Of a stretch of 64,000 nucleotides of DNA, positions 63,268-64,000 are shown piece by piece. The translations under genes were made by a program, and so were the position numbers. Source of the DNA: Candidatus Omnitrophota bacterium (GTDB lineage: Bacteria > Omnitrophota > Gorgyraeia > Duberdicusellales > 4484-171); NCBI GenBank assembly GCA_016935525.1, contig JAFGQU010000017.1, positions 9,559 to 73,558 on the forward strand, in the 5' to 3' direction. The notes beneath the pieces were generated by a model, which was given only the letters and a program-made list of their open reading frames with translations, did not search any database and had not been told where the DNA came from. Positions within the stretch are counted from its first letter, which is position 1. Every line of letters begins with the position of its first letter.

Positions 63268-64000
63268 TTACTTATTTTTTAAAAATCCCTTCAGATGACG
63301 GATAAACGCCTCGTTCTCTTTATGCAATCCGACCGTGACCCGGAAAAATTCCGGCAGGCCCCATTCGGCGAGCGGCCGGACGATTATCCCTTTACGTAAT
63401 AAATATTCGTTGAGACGAGCCGTATCTTTTTTGAAATTGATAAGAATGAAATTAGTCACGCTTTCGATATATTCCAAATTAAGTTTAGCTAATTCCCGGT
63501 ACAGATATCGTTTTTCTTTGACTATATGGTTTTTTACTTTCTCGACAAACCGGTAGTTATCCAATGCGGCACTCGCGCAGGCTTGAGCAAACCGGTCGAT
63601 ATTGAACGGTTCCCGTACGTTATTAAGGCATTGAGCGACCTCAGGATCACAGACGGCGTATCCGATACGCACACCGGCAAGCCCATAGGCTTTGGAAAAA
63701 GTACGGCTCATGATGATGTTCTTCCTTGTTTTAAGTAAGGCAAGGGTCCGGGGATAATCCTTATTCATCACGAACTCAAAATAAGCTTCATCAAAAAAGA
63801 CGAGCACATTTTTCGGCACCTTATTTAAGAATTTCACCACTTCTTCATGAGTCACGTACGTTCCATGAGGGTTATCGGGATTGGCGATAAAGATCATTTT
63901 CGTTTTTTTCGTGATTGCCCGGGCTATTGTTTCAAGATCGTACCGGTAATCGCGCAGAGGGACTTTTTTTATCCGCGCCCCGGCTACCTGCGACTGGATC
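63268..64000 (-). CDS. hisC: histidinol-phosphate/aromatic aminotransferase (class II), 3' part; gene continues beyond the window
   Basis: NPDNPHG and SRTFSKAYGLAGVRIGY (PLP-Lys). The reading frame is open to the window edge. Confidence 0.75.
   Translation of the reverse strand, partial: IQSQVAGARIKKVPLRDYRYDLETIARAITKKTKMIFIANPDNPHGTYVTHEEVVKFLNKVPKNVLVFFDEAYFEFVMNKDYPRTLALLKTRKNIIMSRTFSKAYGLAGVRIGYAVCDPEVAQCLNNVREPFNIDRFAQACASAALDNYRFVEKVKNHIVKEKRYLYRELAKLNLEYIESVTNFILINFKKDTARLNEYLLRKGIIVRPLAEWGLPEFFRVTVGLHKENEAFIRHLKGFLKNK

Overview
This 64 kb window is almost entirely minus-strand coding and contains no rRNA, tRNA or CRISPR array that I could identify. Gene calls rest on motifs I could read in the translations, not on searches. 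It has four parts.

(1) 1-3 kb holds a ferredoxin-domain gene translationally coupled to an unknown ORF, a GNAT-like ORF and a BKACE-like ORF.

(2) About 3.1-44.5 kb is one long surface/exo-polysaccharide locus.
- It has a sigma-54-dependent response regulator and a multi-TM histidine kinase whose architecture resembles the PrsR/PrsK pair of exosortase/PEP-CTERM EPS loci.
- The export module is a Wza-like export protein, a chain-length determinant, an ExeA-like AAA ATPase and a BY-kinase.
- It has a Wzx-type flippase, a Wzy/O-antigen-ligase-like membrane protein, GT2 and GT4 transferases, an acyltransferase-3 protein, a CapA-like protein and a heparinase II/III-like lyase.
- The nucleotide-sugar genes are WecB, an NDP-sugar dehydrogenase, two SDR epimerases, a sugar nucleotidyltransferase, GlmM and DgkA.
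- An unusual decoration module contains three PaaK/CapK-like adenylating ligases, an ATP-grasp protein, a GNAT+FemAB-like protein, a Glu/Leu/Phe/Val-type dehydrogenase and a D-2-hydroxyacid dehydrogenase.
- A good sigma-54 -24/-12 match lies in the 480 bp leader at the 5' end of the locus.

(3) 44.5-64 kb is housekeeping: a GroES-like ORF, a TonB-dependent receptor, hisA/hisB/hisD, alaS, recX, degP/htrA, recA, plsY, a CDP-alcohol phosphatidyltransferase, a glycine-zipper lipoprotein, lepB, lepA, cmk, prephenate dehydrogenase, DAHP synthase and a partial hisC.

(4) The most striking feature is that almost every intergenic gap holds a hairpin element of a single architecture.
- Each arm is a short tandem array of 7-9 bp units, the two arms are inverted, and the loop is variable.
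- There are at least nine sequence-distinct families. The most abundant, family A, has unit GTCACAnn with about 14 loci.
- Six of these hairpins carry in their loop a paralog of the basic four-helix-bundle family known from 23S rRNA intervening sequences (PF05635/TIGR02436), which I recall is also the family of DGR Avd.
- Each divergent paralog sits in a different repeat family, and the two most similar paralogs share family A.
- One composite element sits in-frame inside wecB, another is tandemly duplicated together with a copied wecB 3' end, and cassettes split the normally adjacent lepA-lepB and regulator-kinase pairs.
- No reverse transcriptase, transposase or integrase is present.

I read this as a previously undescribed family of IVS-like protein-plus-hairpin cassettes, with gene-less hairpin derivatives, colonising operon spacers.
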